DNA from: a virus
DNA length: 50,869 bases
Virus record (IMG/VR): IMGVR_UViG_3300016484_001084
Coordinates: 1 to 50,869 of that record
Strand: one strand, 5' to 3'
Position numbers and translations under genes: made by a program. Positions within the stretch are counted from its first letter, which is position 1. Each line of letters starts with the position of its first letter. This document shows positions 16,517 to 25,643 of this stretch, piece by piece. The notes beneath the pieces were generated by a model, which was not told the origin of the DNA, ran no database searches, and was given only the letters and a program-made list of their open reading frames with translations.

Positions 16517-18393
16517 TGCGGTCCATTGAACTGCATCCGCAGTCGTTGGAGTTACGCCTCTCGTCAGCGCAACACAAAGAGCTGCTTGATTGGGTTGCCG
16601 CGTCAGTCGAGGATGCGTTATCTGCAAGGGATCGGCAAGATCAACTGCAAACCGAGTTGTTGCGGATGTATGAGGCGGTGCCGCTCAACCCTGCCAAGTA
16701 TACCAATTTTCTGGAAGGCTACAAAGCAATTGAAATCCCGCTTGGTGCGATCGCAACGGACTCCATCTACGCGCAAACCCTCGATTTGATTTTCACCATC
16801 TCGCCGTTGTTGACTTGCCGTGCACAGGACGGTCGCTACACCAAACACGCGAAGGCCATGCAGCGGTTGGCGAACTTCTTACCCGACGAGATGAACTTGC
16901 GGGAAGCCGCTGAACACATGTTGTTCGATACCTGCCAGCTCGGTACGGGTTGCTACTATGTCCCGTTTACCGAAACCGTCCTCAAAACCAGCGGCTACAA
17001 AGTCACCGAACGCGGTCCCAAAATCATGGCAATTCCACCCGAAGACATCATTGTCTTTGGTGGCTCGTATCAAAACATCCAGAACCAGGCTCTTTTCGGT
17101 ATTCGTTTTTGGTACACCGAGAGCGAAATGCAGGGCCATAAAAAGTTTCGCAAGTGGGATATCTCTGGAGCGAAACCATGCCCATCCAAGGACGTGGTTC
17201 GTGCTCGGCGCGAGATCCATGCCCTGTCAACCGAGGAAAAAACCAATACCCATGTAACTCGCTACGAGACCTACGAACTCTACATCCAGTACGACATCGA
17301 CGGCGACGGCGCGGAAGAAGACTTGCTGGTCAACTACGATCGTACCGGTCGTGCTCTCTGTCGCGTGCGTTACAAACCCTACGAAAGCACCCCGGCCCGC
17401 GTCGCTCGCTATCAGATCCGCCCCCATATGTTCTATGGCGTCGGCGTCATGGAAATGCTCAAGGTGTTTCAGGAGGAGACGACCGATCTCCACAATCACC
17501 AAGTCCTCAATGTCATGCTCGCTAATGTACGCATGTGGGCTGTGAAGCGCGGGGCGCTGGCTACCGGCTCCATCGAGGTTTTTCCTGGTCGTGCCGTACC
17601 GTTCAGCGATCCGGCCAACGATGTCAAAGAGCTGCGACTTAGCGATATCTATTCGTCTTTGCCTGCAACTCAAGCTATGGTGATCGGCCTCGCGGAACGT
17701 CGCGTTGGCATCAACGACATCAACCTCCCGAAACCGTCACAAGTCATCGGATCCCGCACGCCTGGCATCACCACCATGTCCATGTTGCAGCAGGTCAACA
17801 AACGCTTTACCCCGGCGTTTGATCAGATGCGACTGGCGACCGGCGGGGCTATCATCGAAGGCATCATGCGCTACAGCGAACGGATCCAAGACGGCGATCC
17901 TCAAGTTGAACAGTATCTCAGAGAGTTGCTGGGTGATCAAGATTCCGCGCTCGTTATTGAGATTCTGAGCAAACCAAACTTTCTCCAGCGCGTGGCGGTT
18001 GAGCTGACGGCCTCCAGTGCCAGCGTCAATCGTGAAGCCGATCGGCAGAACTCGATTATGTTGGTCAATCTGCTGGGTCAGTACTACGACAAGGCGTTGC
18101 AGCTCGTACAGCTCGCGTCGAATCCACAAATTGCCGCTCCAGTGCGAGATGCCGCCCAAAAGATCGCTCAAGCCGCCGGTGAAGTGATTGAACGGACCAT
18201 TCGGACCTTTGACCAGGTCCGCGATCCACAGACCTTCATCGTCGACATCAGCGCGGAGATTGACGCTGCCGGGGCACAGGCAACCGGCGAAGGGATGTTA
18301 GGATTGGTAACAGCATTGGCTGGACAAGGAATGGGCGGTGGTCAATCAGGTGGCGGCGAGATGGGCGGCGGCGAAGCGTCCTTCGGATCTTGA
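16516..18393 (+). CDS. portal protein (candidate)
   Basis: 625 aa, position upstream of scaffold and capsid genes, Gly-rich acidic C-terminus. Assigned by synteny and size. Confidence 0.55.
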   Translation: MRSIELHPQSLELRLSSAQHKELLDWVAASVEDALSARDRQDQLQTELLRMYEAVPLNPAKYTNFLEGYKAIEIPLGAIATDSIYAQTLDLIFTISPLLTCRAQDGRYTKHAKAMQRLANFLPDEMNLREAAEHMLFDTCQLGTGCYYVPFTETVLKTSGYKVTERGPKIMAIPPEDIIVFGGSYQNIQNQALFGIRFWYTESEMQGHKKFRKWDISGAKPCPSKDVVRARREIHALSTEEKTNTHVTRYETYELYIQYDIDGDGAEEDLLVNYDRTGRALCRVRYKPYESTPARVARYQIRPHMFYGVGVMEMLKVFQEETTDLHNHQVLNVMLANVRMWAVKRGALATGSIEVFPGRAVPFSDPANDVKELRLSDIYSSLPATQAMVIGLAERRVGINDINLPKPSQVIGSRTPGITTMSMLQQVNKRFTPAFDQMRLATGGAIIEGIMRYSERIQDGDPQVEQYLRELLGDQDSALVIEILSKPNFLQRVAVELTASSASVNREADRQNSIMLVNLLGQYYDKALQLVQLASNPQIAAPVRDAAQKIAQAAGEVIERTIRTFDQVRDPQTFIVDISAEIDAAGAQATGEGMLGLVTALAGQGMGGGQSGGGEMGGGEASFGS

Positions 18394-18424
18394 CCTTTTT
18401 TTGGAATCCGCGTAGAGCGTAAGT

Positions 18425-18706
18425 ATGGAATTACGATGGGTTCTTGCTCTCCGTGAGCATGGAACGGCTTATACTCAGTGCAAGGACGATTTGAATGCCC
18501 AACGTCGTGAGTATCACGAAGAGTTAGCCCGCGCTAACCCCGAGAAGCCGTATACGGTCGCGAAGCTTCAAGGGAAAATTGAAGCGGTGGAGGATCTGCT
18601 CCACCTCGTCCAGACCGAGGAGCGAAAGGAACAACTCGATGCCGAACGACGAATCCTCAACCAACGAAACAGCCCCGGCAAGCTCAGGCGAGCCAGCGGG
18701 GGGTAG
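18425..18706 (+). CDS. hypothetical coiled-coil protein
   Basis: 93 aa. Overlaps the next ORF by 68 nt. Confidence 0.4.
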   Translation: MELRWVLALREHGTAYTQCKDDLNAQRREYHEELARANPEKPYTVAKLQGKIEAVEDLLHLVQTEERKEQLDAERRILNQRNSPGKLRRASGG

Positions 18707-19436
18707 TACCCCCGCCTATGTCACCTCCGATCAGCTGAATCAGGCGATCAGCCAGATAACTCAGGTTATGCAAACCAGCTTGCAGGCGATCGCAGCGGGT
18801 CGCAACGCTGACCCGATGGTGCACCAAGCCCCAACCGTAGTCAATCTTCCCACCGAAGCCGAAATGTTAGAAGAGATTCAGGCTGGTGGCATGGGCAAAC
18901 TCAAAAAGTTTATCGAAGGCGCGGTGGATAAGGTGCGTCGAGAGGAGATCATCCCGTTTAAGCAACAGGGTGTAGCGGCCTTAGCGCAGAACACCAAACA
19001 AGCCGCCTTGATGTCCGGCATCATGCCTCACTACAAGCGATTCCAAAAAGAAATCGACGCGGGGCTTGAGAAGATTCCCCCAGAACAGCGCACCAGCCTC
19101 GAAGTCTATAAAGGCATGCACGATTTGGTGGTGGGGCAGAATACGGATAGTATCATTCGAGAGCAGGTTGAAGCTGCCATTCGAGCGGCTCGCGAGAAGG
19201 ACAACACAAGCCTTCCTGGTGCAACCGGAGGACGGCAATCGAACACACCCAACACCGACCCCAACCGCATCCCAGCCTTTGAAGAAATCTACGGCGACAA
19301 CGGCAAGTTGGCCCTGAGCAACCTCGGTCGCGGTGGTCGCACCCCCGATGGATTTGCCCAATCGTTGGGTTACAAAGATTGGCCCACGTACTACACTGAA
19401 GTCCTTAAACCAGCAGGAGTGACTGGCAATGTCTGA
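18639..19436 (+). CDS. scaffolding protein candidate
   Basis: ATG 18639. Helical, charged, between portal and capsid genes. Confidence 0.4.
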   Translation: MPNDESSTNETAPASSGEPAGGSTPAYVTSDQLNQAISQITQVMQTSLQAIAAGRNADPMVHQAPTVVNLPTEAEMLEEIQAGGMGKLKKFIEGAVDKVRREEIIPFKQQGVAALAQNTKQAALMSGIMPHYKRFQKEIDAGLEKIPPEQRTSLEVYKGMHDLVVGQNTDSIIREQVEAAIRAAREKDNTSLPGATGGRQSNTPNTDPNRIPAFEEIYGDNGKLALSNLGRGGRTPDGFAQSLGYKDWPTYYTEVLKPAGVTGNV

Positions 19437-20133
19437 AACAACCATGAGCAAACCCTTTGTGAAAAGCAACCGACCTAATGTCCAAGCTCCACCATCTGGC
19501 GCGGCACCTGGTACGGCTATCCTGCCGCCTGCCGGTCACGCACGCAAAGAGGAGTTGAAAAAGCGTACCGACATCCTTGAAGCCAAAGCGGCGCACGACT
19601 TTGCCAACGTCGAAGCCATCGATCCGGATGCAATCGAGATTGAACGCGAGTTGGCTCAACACTTCAATGAGCTCAACGTCGCCAATGCTGAACCCGGCTT
19701 TGTCTACAAGTGGGTCAACTACACTTCCAACGGCGGAATTGCGATCCGACAAGCGATTGCGCCGCCCGAACGCTGGCAGGTAGTAACCGGCGATATGCCT
19801 GAGGCCACCGACCTCAAAGCCTCCGACGGCACTCGAAAGCTGGGCGATGTCATGCTGGTGCGTATGCCCAAGAAACGCTACGACATCCTTGAGCGGCTGC
19901 GGGCTGAGAAGAATGCACGGCAGCAACAGGGACACGAATCCAACTTGCGTGAGCTGGCTCGACGCAATCCCAAAGCAGTCAAAGTCTATGGCAGCGAAGA
20001 CATGCCTGAGAGTGTGACCAAGCGTCTGACCAACCCCAGCCAGGCCTCCATCAATGCAATGCGAGGGGCTGAGGCAGCTCAAGCACAGTTTGAGCAGAAT
20101 CTTCGAGCCGGGCACGTTGACGGGCTGCAATAG
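19429..20133 (+). CDS. hypothetical head-module protein
   Basis: 234 aa ORF, 8-nt overlap with the previous gene. Confidence 0.5.
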   Translation: MSETTMSKPFVKSNRPNVQAPPSGAAPGTAILPPAGHARKEELKKRTDILEAKAAHDFANVEAIDPDAIEIERELAQHFNELNVANAEPGFVYKWVNYTSNGGIAIRQAIAPPERWQVVTGDMPEATDLKASDGTRKLGDVMLVRMPKKRYDILERLRAEKNARQQQGHESNLRELARRNPKAVKVYGSEDMPESVTKRLTNPSQASINAMRGAEAAQAQFEQNLRAGHVDGLQ

Positions 20134-20202
20134 TTTCATCTGACTACGTTCACGCCGAGGCATGGGGCCGACGCGCCGTAGTCGTTCATAAGGAGAGTTC
20201 AC

Positions 20203-20685
20203 ATGGCTGCACGAGTTCGAGCATTGGCGACCGGATCGAAACTGGGGTTGTATTCAACGCCTTCTATTGTTCAAGGCGAAGGCGCCTCGCAGACGTTCAA
20301 GAAAGGGGCGGTGTTGGTCAACGGATCATCCGGCAACGTCGGGATGGTGGTAGAAGCCGGCGCTGATCCTACTGGTATTCTGGGCGTTGCTGAGGAAGAC
20401 GGCAAGAACCTCGCTGTCGGCGTCGGCAGCTGCCGGTTTGTCCCGGCAATTCCGAACCAAGTGTTCGAAATGACCATCGACGACGGCACCGGCACCTACG
20501 CGCTCGTCGCCGGTGACAAGAACAAGCAGTATGGTATCGCGAAGGACGGGAGCGGTATCTGGTACATCGACCAGACCGACACAACCAACCTGCGCGTGAC
20601 GATCATCGGTTTCAAAGATGCGGTGGGTACACAGGCCGCACGAGTCTACTGTGTATTTCGGAGTTCACAGACGGCCTATAACTAA
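20203..20685 (+). CDS. head decoration/cement protein candidate
   Basis: 160 aa Gly/Val-rich beta-type protein directly upstream of the major capsid gene, AAGGAGA RBS. Confidence 0.4.
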   Translation: MAARVRALATGSKLGLYSTPSIVQGEGASQTFKKGAVLVNGSSGNVGMVVEAGADPTGILGVAEEDGKNLAVGVGSCRFVPAIPNQVFEMTIDDGTGTYALVAGDKNKQYGIAKDGSGIWYIDQTDTTNLRVTIIGFKDAVGTQAARVYCVFRSSQTAYN

Positions 20686-20715
20686 ACCGCGCACAACTAA
20701 CCCAGGAGGTTTGCT

Positions 20716-21612
20716 ATGACAGGTCGCGGGTCTATTGCAGCGTTACTCACGCCGCAGTTTCGAAAGGTGTACATTGAGACAGGTAAGGAGCGACCTGCCG
20801 AAGCACCGCTGTTCTTCAACATGAGCGACATGGACTGGAATCCGATCACCGACCAGCAGGTGAGCGGCCTCGGGACCATGCCGGCCAAGTCTGAAGGGTC
20901 TCAGTTCACCTACGATGAAATGATCATGGGAGGAACGAAGACCTACACAGCGGACCCCTATGGGTTGGCGTTCGAAGCCACTTGGGAAGCATGGCGGGAC
21001 GAACTCTACGGCGTCTTGGAAGAGATGACGCGAGAGTTGGCACGCGCTGGTCGTAACCGCATGGAAGTGGATGCCTGGTCAATCCTGAACAACGGGTTCT
21101 CCACGAGCTTCAACGGGTTTACGTCCGGTGAAGCGTTGTTTTCGACATCACACACAGGATTGGACGGGGTCACGCGATCCAATCGCCCATCGCCTGACAT
21201 TGGGTTGTCGATCACCGGTATCCAGTCTGCCATCGTCCGCTTCGAAAACATGACGGACGAGCGTGGCTTGCCGCGTTTGATGGCTCCGGTCAACGTCATC
21301 ATCGGGCCGCAGAACAAGTTCGTGGCACGAGAAGTGTTGGGATCAGCAGGCAAACCCTACACGACCGACAACGAGCTTAACGCGATTATCGAGGAAGACT
21401 TGAGCTGGATGGTCTGCCACTACCTGACTTCCACAACCATGTGGGTGATGGCAGCGGCAAAAGGCGTCCACGACCTCAACTTCCTGTGGCGTGATCATCC
21501 GATCTTTGACAGCTTCGATGATCCACACACCAAGAACGCGGTGTTTACATCCTATCAACGGCACACCAAGGGCTTTGGAACCTGGCGTGGCGTCGACGGC
21601 AGCACAGGCTAG
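20716..21612 (+). CDS. major capsid protein (HK97-fold type)
   Basis: 298 aa. Position, size and resemblance by eye to Mu gpT-like / phage capsid family sequences. AGGAGG RBS. Confidence 0.65.
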   Translation: MTGRGSIAALLTPQFRKVYIETGKERPAEAPLFFNMSDMDWNPITDQQVSGLGTMPAKSEGSQFTYDEMIMGGTKTYTADPYGLAFEATWEAWRDELYGVLEEMTRELARAGRNRMEVDAWSILNNGFSTSFNGFTSGEALFSTSHTGLDGVTRSNRPSPDIGLSITGIQSAIVRFENMTDERGLPRLMAPVNVIIGPQNKFVAREVLGSAGKPYTTDNELNAIIEEDLSWMVCHYLTSTTMWVMAAAKGVHDLNFLWRDHPIFDSFDDPHTKNAVFTSYQRHTKGFGTWRGVDGSTG

Positions 21613-21648
21613 TCCATGGCGCAAGCGAACGAATAAGGAGGACTCTCT

Positions 21649-22446
21649 ATGCACTCGAAATCGCCTTTGCTTGTGGCCGGGACCAACGATACCGGCGTAG
21701 TTGCCCCCCATCCGTTTGAGGGACTCCCCGCGGAGTTCCTCAGTCGGTTGTACACTCTGCCCGATGGTGAATCGCTGGCAGGGTTAGGCGGCGTTCTGGC
21801 TTACTTCAACCACTTTCTCCAGTGGGAAGGCCCGCTGGCAGAAGGATCGGCAGGGGGCTGGACGCTGTCTGGTGTCACTGGTGCTGCAACCATCACACAG
21901 CCCAATACTCGCAACGGTGAAATTGCACTCACCGCTGATGCTACCGCGAGTGCCAATCCGACCTTGGCGCTTGGTGGCGCCGCTGCCCCGGCCAACTTCA
22001 TCTACGCCGTGGGCAAACGGATGTGGTGTTTTGCACGGTTGAAAATCGCGACGGTGGCCAGCACCGAGTTCTTTTTAGGGCTCGGGACACCGGACACTGG
22101 CCCGACGACAACCAACACCTTTCCCAGTGACGGCATCTTCTTCAACAAAGCGGCTGCTGCCACGAACTTGTCGTTGGATGTTCGAAAGGACGGGACGAGC
22201 ACACAGAAAACCAGTGTGTTGTCGTCCGTATTGGCCGATGCGACCTACACCACGATTGGATTCCATGTGAATCTCCGTGGTGATATTGTGCCGTTTCAAA
22301 ACGGCGTGGCGTTGACGAGTTCAATCGTTGCCGCTGGGTCAGCCAATATTCCTGGTTCCGGCGACCCGATGCAGTTCATGGTAGGCTTCTTGGGAGCATC
22401 CCAAGTCGTCACGTTGGATTGGTTGTTACTCGGACAGGAGATCTAA
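21649..22446 (+). CDS. hypothetical virion protein (jelly-roll-like by composition)
   Basis: 265 aa, AAGGAGG RBS, follows the capsid gene. Confidence 0.45.
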   Translation: MHSKSPLLVAGTNDTGVVAPHPFEGLPAEFLSRLYTLPDGESLAGLGGVLAYFNHFLQWEGPLAEGSAGGWTLSGVTGAATITQPNTRNGEIALTADATASANPTLALGGAAAPANFIYAVGKRMWCFARLKIATVASTEFFLGLGTPDTGPTTTNTFPSDGIFFNKAAAATNLSLDVRKDGTSTQKTSVLSSVLADATYTTIGFHVNLRGDIVPFQNGVALTSSIVAAGSANIPGSGDPMQFMVGFLGASQVVTLDWLLLGQEI

Positions 22447-22448
22447 TC

Positions 22449-22664
22449 ATGAAACACCCGACTGGAGCGATGGCGATTGCGTATGCGGTGGCACGAGGCG
22501 AGCGAAAACTCGCTGACCTGCCCAAACCGCTGCAACACCAAGTCACGCGAATCATGACTGCCTACGGTGGCGAGCAAGCCGTCAAGGACCTCGCCACCTA
22601 TAAAGCACCTGAAGTCAAATTCGGACGACGGTCGACTGTGTTTCGACACGCACGAACAGCCTAA
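22449..22664 (+). CDS. small hypothetical protein
   Basis: ATG 22449. 71 aa. Confidence 0.45.
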   Translation: MKHPTGAMAIAYAVARGERKLADLPKPLQHQVTRIMTAYGGEQAVKDLATYKAPEVKFGRRSTVFRHARTA

Positions 22665-22683
22665 TTCGTAAAGGAGCGAGACG

Positions 22684-22974
22684 ATGAACCTGATTCCAGC
22701 GGCAGGAAAGTATGTACTACGACTCGATCCCGAACAAGAAGTGACGGCAGGTGGGATTGTTTTACCCGATACTGCCGATAAACAAGGTAACTATGCGACG
22801 GTTGTTGCGGTGAACGCGGCATCCTTTCGCGACAAGAACGGCCACCTGGCCAACCCAACCAGCAAAGCCGGTGATCGTGTGTTGATTGGTCGTTATGCGG
22901 GTGTTCGCGTTGAGCATAACGGCGAAGAGCTGGTTATCATCAACCACGACGAGATACTGGCTCACATACCCTGA
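22684..22974 (+). CDS. groES: GroES/Cpn10 co-chaperonin homologue
   Basis: MNLIPAAGKYVLRLDPEQEVTAGGIVLPDTA...AGDRVLIGRYAGVRVEHNGEELVIINHDEILAHI is collinear with bacterial GroES (l.PL.DRVlv...e.e.kTaGGI.lPd.a...GD.Vlf.kY.G.e....g.e.li....DIla). Confidence 0.8.
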   Translation: MNLIPAAGKYVLRLDPEQEVTAGGIVLPDTADKQGNYATVVAVNAASFRDKNGHLANPTSKAGDRVLIGRYAGVRVEHNGEELVIINHDEILAHIP

Positions 22975-23927
22975 TGGCAACCCTTGAATCCATCGCAACG
23001 CAAATCGTGGCGTCCATCGGCGGCGACATCGGCTACCCACTCGTGGCTGAATGGGTTCGGGCTCGCTATCAACAGCTGGCCACTCGTGTCAAGCTCAAGC
23101 ACCTCCGTCAACTTGGCCAAGTCAATATCGCGGCTCCTGTTACCTTGACCAGTATCACGGCAACACGAGACAGCGATACGATTTCAACGGTGGTTGGCAG
23201 CGTCATTCCCAGTTTACGCGGACCGAATAGTCTTGGCTGGTATGCTCGTGTCTCTGTTGTGTGGTACGAGGTGGTTGAATACAACGTCACCAACAGCGGC
23301 GTCTTGTTTGTCAAACTCAAGCAACCGTTTGCAGAAGAGAGCGTCACTGGGGGAACCTGTACCCTTGTTCAACGCTATGTGAAACTGGATGCGTCGGCGG
23401 TACAAACTGGGACATCGTGGGTGCATGCGCGTCGTCGTCGTCCTGTGTTACGGACAACGATGGAAAAGCTCAATACAATCGCGGCCTTTCGACCGCTCAT
23501 CAATTCTGGTGGTCCAGAGTGGGTTGCAGACGGTCCGGAGATCGAGGGACGGCGCACCGTAGAAACCTACCCTTATTCAACAACCAGCGAGGCGTTATTC
23601 TACGTCTACTGGAAAGACGTGCCCAGCATCAGCATCACCGAAGAGTTGCCGTCCTCCATCAAAGAGTATGCGATGAAAGAAGGGGCGTTGATTGACTGCT
23701 ACCGGTACTTGATGAACCAGTACCTCAAGAAGTCGCAAGTGGACGTTGCCGGCTTCTACCGCAACGAGATGCGTGCACAAGAAACCAAGTGGGATGACTA
23801 CTTGATGGAGCTCATTCAAGCCGATCAAGGCGAAGACGACGGGCAGTTTATCCTCCGCATGCTTGGGAATTCCCCTGCTATCGGTGATATTCGAACCGCG
23901 CGCGATCTGGTCTGGGGTCGCTCATAA
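22974..23927 (+). CDS. hypothetical structural protein
   Basis: 317 aa, TGATG overlap. Confidence 0.5.
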   Translation: MATLESIATQIVASIGGDIGYPLVAEWVRARYQQLATRVKLKHLRQLGQVNIAAPVTLTSITATRDSDTISTVVGSVIPSLRGPNSLGWYARVSVVWYEVVEYNVTNSGVLFVKLKQPFAEESVTGGTCTLVQRYVKLDASAVQTGTSWVHARRRRPVLRTTMEKLNTIAAFRPLINSGGPEWVADGPEIEGRRTVETYPYSTTSEALFYVYWKDVPSISITEELPSSIKEYAMKEGALIDCYRYLMNQYLKKSQVDVAGFYRNEMRAQETKWDDYLMELIQADQGEDDGQFILRMLGNSPAIGDIRTARDLVWGRS

Positions 23928-23935
23928 GGTGAACC

Positions 23936-24580
23936 ATGCCCTTTGTCGGTCGCACTGCCGACTCGCTTACCTTTGAAGTCCTCGATCGCGTTCGCGACAA
24001 GAACGGATTGATGCACAGCGCGGTCTTTGTCCGCTCGATCTTGACGGCGGCTCAGCGCGTGCTCAACGCCGGCCTCGAGTATGTCATCAGCGTAAGCACA
24101 GCGAGTTTCTACGCCAATCGTGTCTTCTACGACATCAGCACGTTGTTTTCCCTCACCGTGCGTGTGGTGGGGCTTCGTGGCAGCACGACCGTGCGGGATG
24201 TCATCAAACTCAACAGCCTTGATGATTTTTTGATCTACGGTCCGTACTGGTCTCGCCACGTTGGACCGCATGCACTCGCGTGGACGACTGTTGGGCGTGA
24301 TGTTCTAGTCACGTATCCTGCGTTTGAAACGGACGGTACGTTGGGCCTGTACTATGTCAAACTGACCAACGCCTTCACGGCGGGTTCGACCGTCTCTGAG
24401 TTTTCGACGGAGCAGTGTGGTCCGCTGGTGACGCTGACTGAAGCGATCTTGCTGCTCCGTCAACGTGATCTGGAAGCCTGCGACCGTGCACTCGGTCGAC
24501 TCCAAGAAGACCTCCAACTTGAGTTAACGTCACCAAAACTCGGGCTGGCTTCACCACCGTCAAACGAGGCGTCGGCATGA
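23936..24580 (+). CDS. hypothetical structural protein (adaptor/connector region)
   Basis: 214 aa ORF in the late operon. Confidence 0.5.
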   Translation: MPFVGRTADSLTFEVLDRVRDKNGLMHSAVFVRSILTAAQRVLNAGLEYVISVSTASFYANRVFYDISTLFSLTVRVVGLRGSTTVRDVIKLNSLDDFLIYGPYWSRHVGPHALAWTTVGRDVLVTYPAFETDGTLGLYYVKLTNAFTAGSTVSEFSTEQCGPLVTLTEAILLLRQRDLEACDRALGRLQEDLQLELTSPKLGLASPPSNEASA

Positions 24581-25170
24581 GCAAAACGACCGTGTTGACC
24601 TTGGTGAGTGATCTGACACTGGGGGCAGCCAGCGATACGACCATCACGGGTCGCTATTATGATCGGGTTGTAGAAGACCTCGCTCGTTTTCCGTGGCTGA
24701 CGACAATGAGCCTGATTCCCGTCACCGCCAACGTCAGTCAATACACGTTGGAGACGGCACAAGCGAAAATCATCGCCATGTTCTATGATGGTCGACAGCT
24801 AAGCCGCCTGACGCGCACACAAGTCGAAGGACTGAATCGGTACTGGCGCAACGAGTATGGTACACCGCACAGCTATGTCGTCGACGACGAAGCCAACAAA
24901 ACCTTTGCGCTCTACCCAATTCCAACGCTGGATTCGAAGGCCCAGTCGTTTCCACATAGTCAACCGTTTGGGCAAGACTTCCCGGCGTACACGTTGTTGG
25001 TCATCCACACCGGGACGCGAACCGATTTGCCGACCTGGCTTGAACTGCCGGTTGCGCTGGAGGTTGCCGCTCGCGAGATGGAGCGCGAGAGCAATCATCG
25101 TGATATCGAATGGGCTGCACGCGCACGGCAGCTTTCACAGCTCTTGTTTCAGTTGGTGAGTAAACCATAA
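24577..25170 (+). CDS. hypothetical structural protein
   Basis: 197 aa, ATGA overlap. Confidence 0.5.
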   Translation: MSKTTVLTLVSDLTLGAASDTTITGRYYDRVVEDLARFPWLTTMSLIPVTANVSQYTLETAQAKIIAMFYDGRQLSRLTRTQVEGLNRYWRNEYGTPHSYVVDDEANKTFALYPIPTLDSKAQSFPHSQPFGQDFPAYTLLVIHTGTRTDLPTWLELPVALEVAAREMERESNHRDIEWAARARQLSQLLFQLVSKP

Positions 25171-25643
25171 TGGGATCCGGTCGTCTTCAACCCATTTTTC
25201 TTGCTGAAGTAGATCGTATCGAATCATTGGATGATGTACGAGAAGCTATCCGTAACTTGATTGCCGATCTCAACGATCGATTTGATCAGCTTAGCAGTGA
25301 TGCGGTTGGAATCAGCGCGAGTATCAGCCAAACCGCACTGACATACACATCTGGTGCATTGACAAATACACCTATACTCGGTAACAGTGTTCTTTTTCAA
25401 TTCAGCGCGACACAAGCCAGCATTATTCCCGGTTTTAGTGGGGGATACGGTGGTCGGTTAGTTGTGATTCAAAACACCAGTTCGTATACCTACACCATAG
25501 CACACGAAAGCAGCTCAGCCTTAGATGCACATCGTATTACGACACGAACCAAAGCTGATCTTTCTGTAGCAAGCGGTGCCGGTATTGTGTTGCTCTATGA
25601 TCAAGCCACACAACGCTGGCTTCCGGTGTGTACTCAATTATGA
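25170..25643 (+). CDS. hypothetical structural protein
   Basis: 157 aa, TAATG overlap. Confidence 0.5.
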   Translation: MGSGRLQPIFLAEVDRIESLDDVREAIRNLIADLNDRFDQLSSDAVGISASISQTALTYTSGALTNTPILGNSVLFQFSATQASIIPGFSGGYGGRLVVIQNTSSYTYTIAHESSSALDAHRITTRTKADLSVASGAGIVLLYDQATQRWLPVCTQL

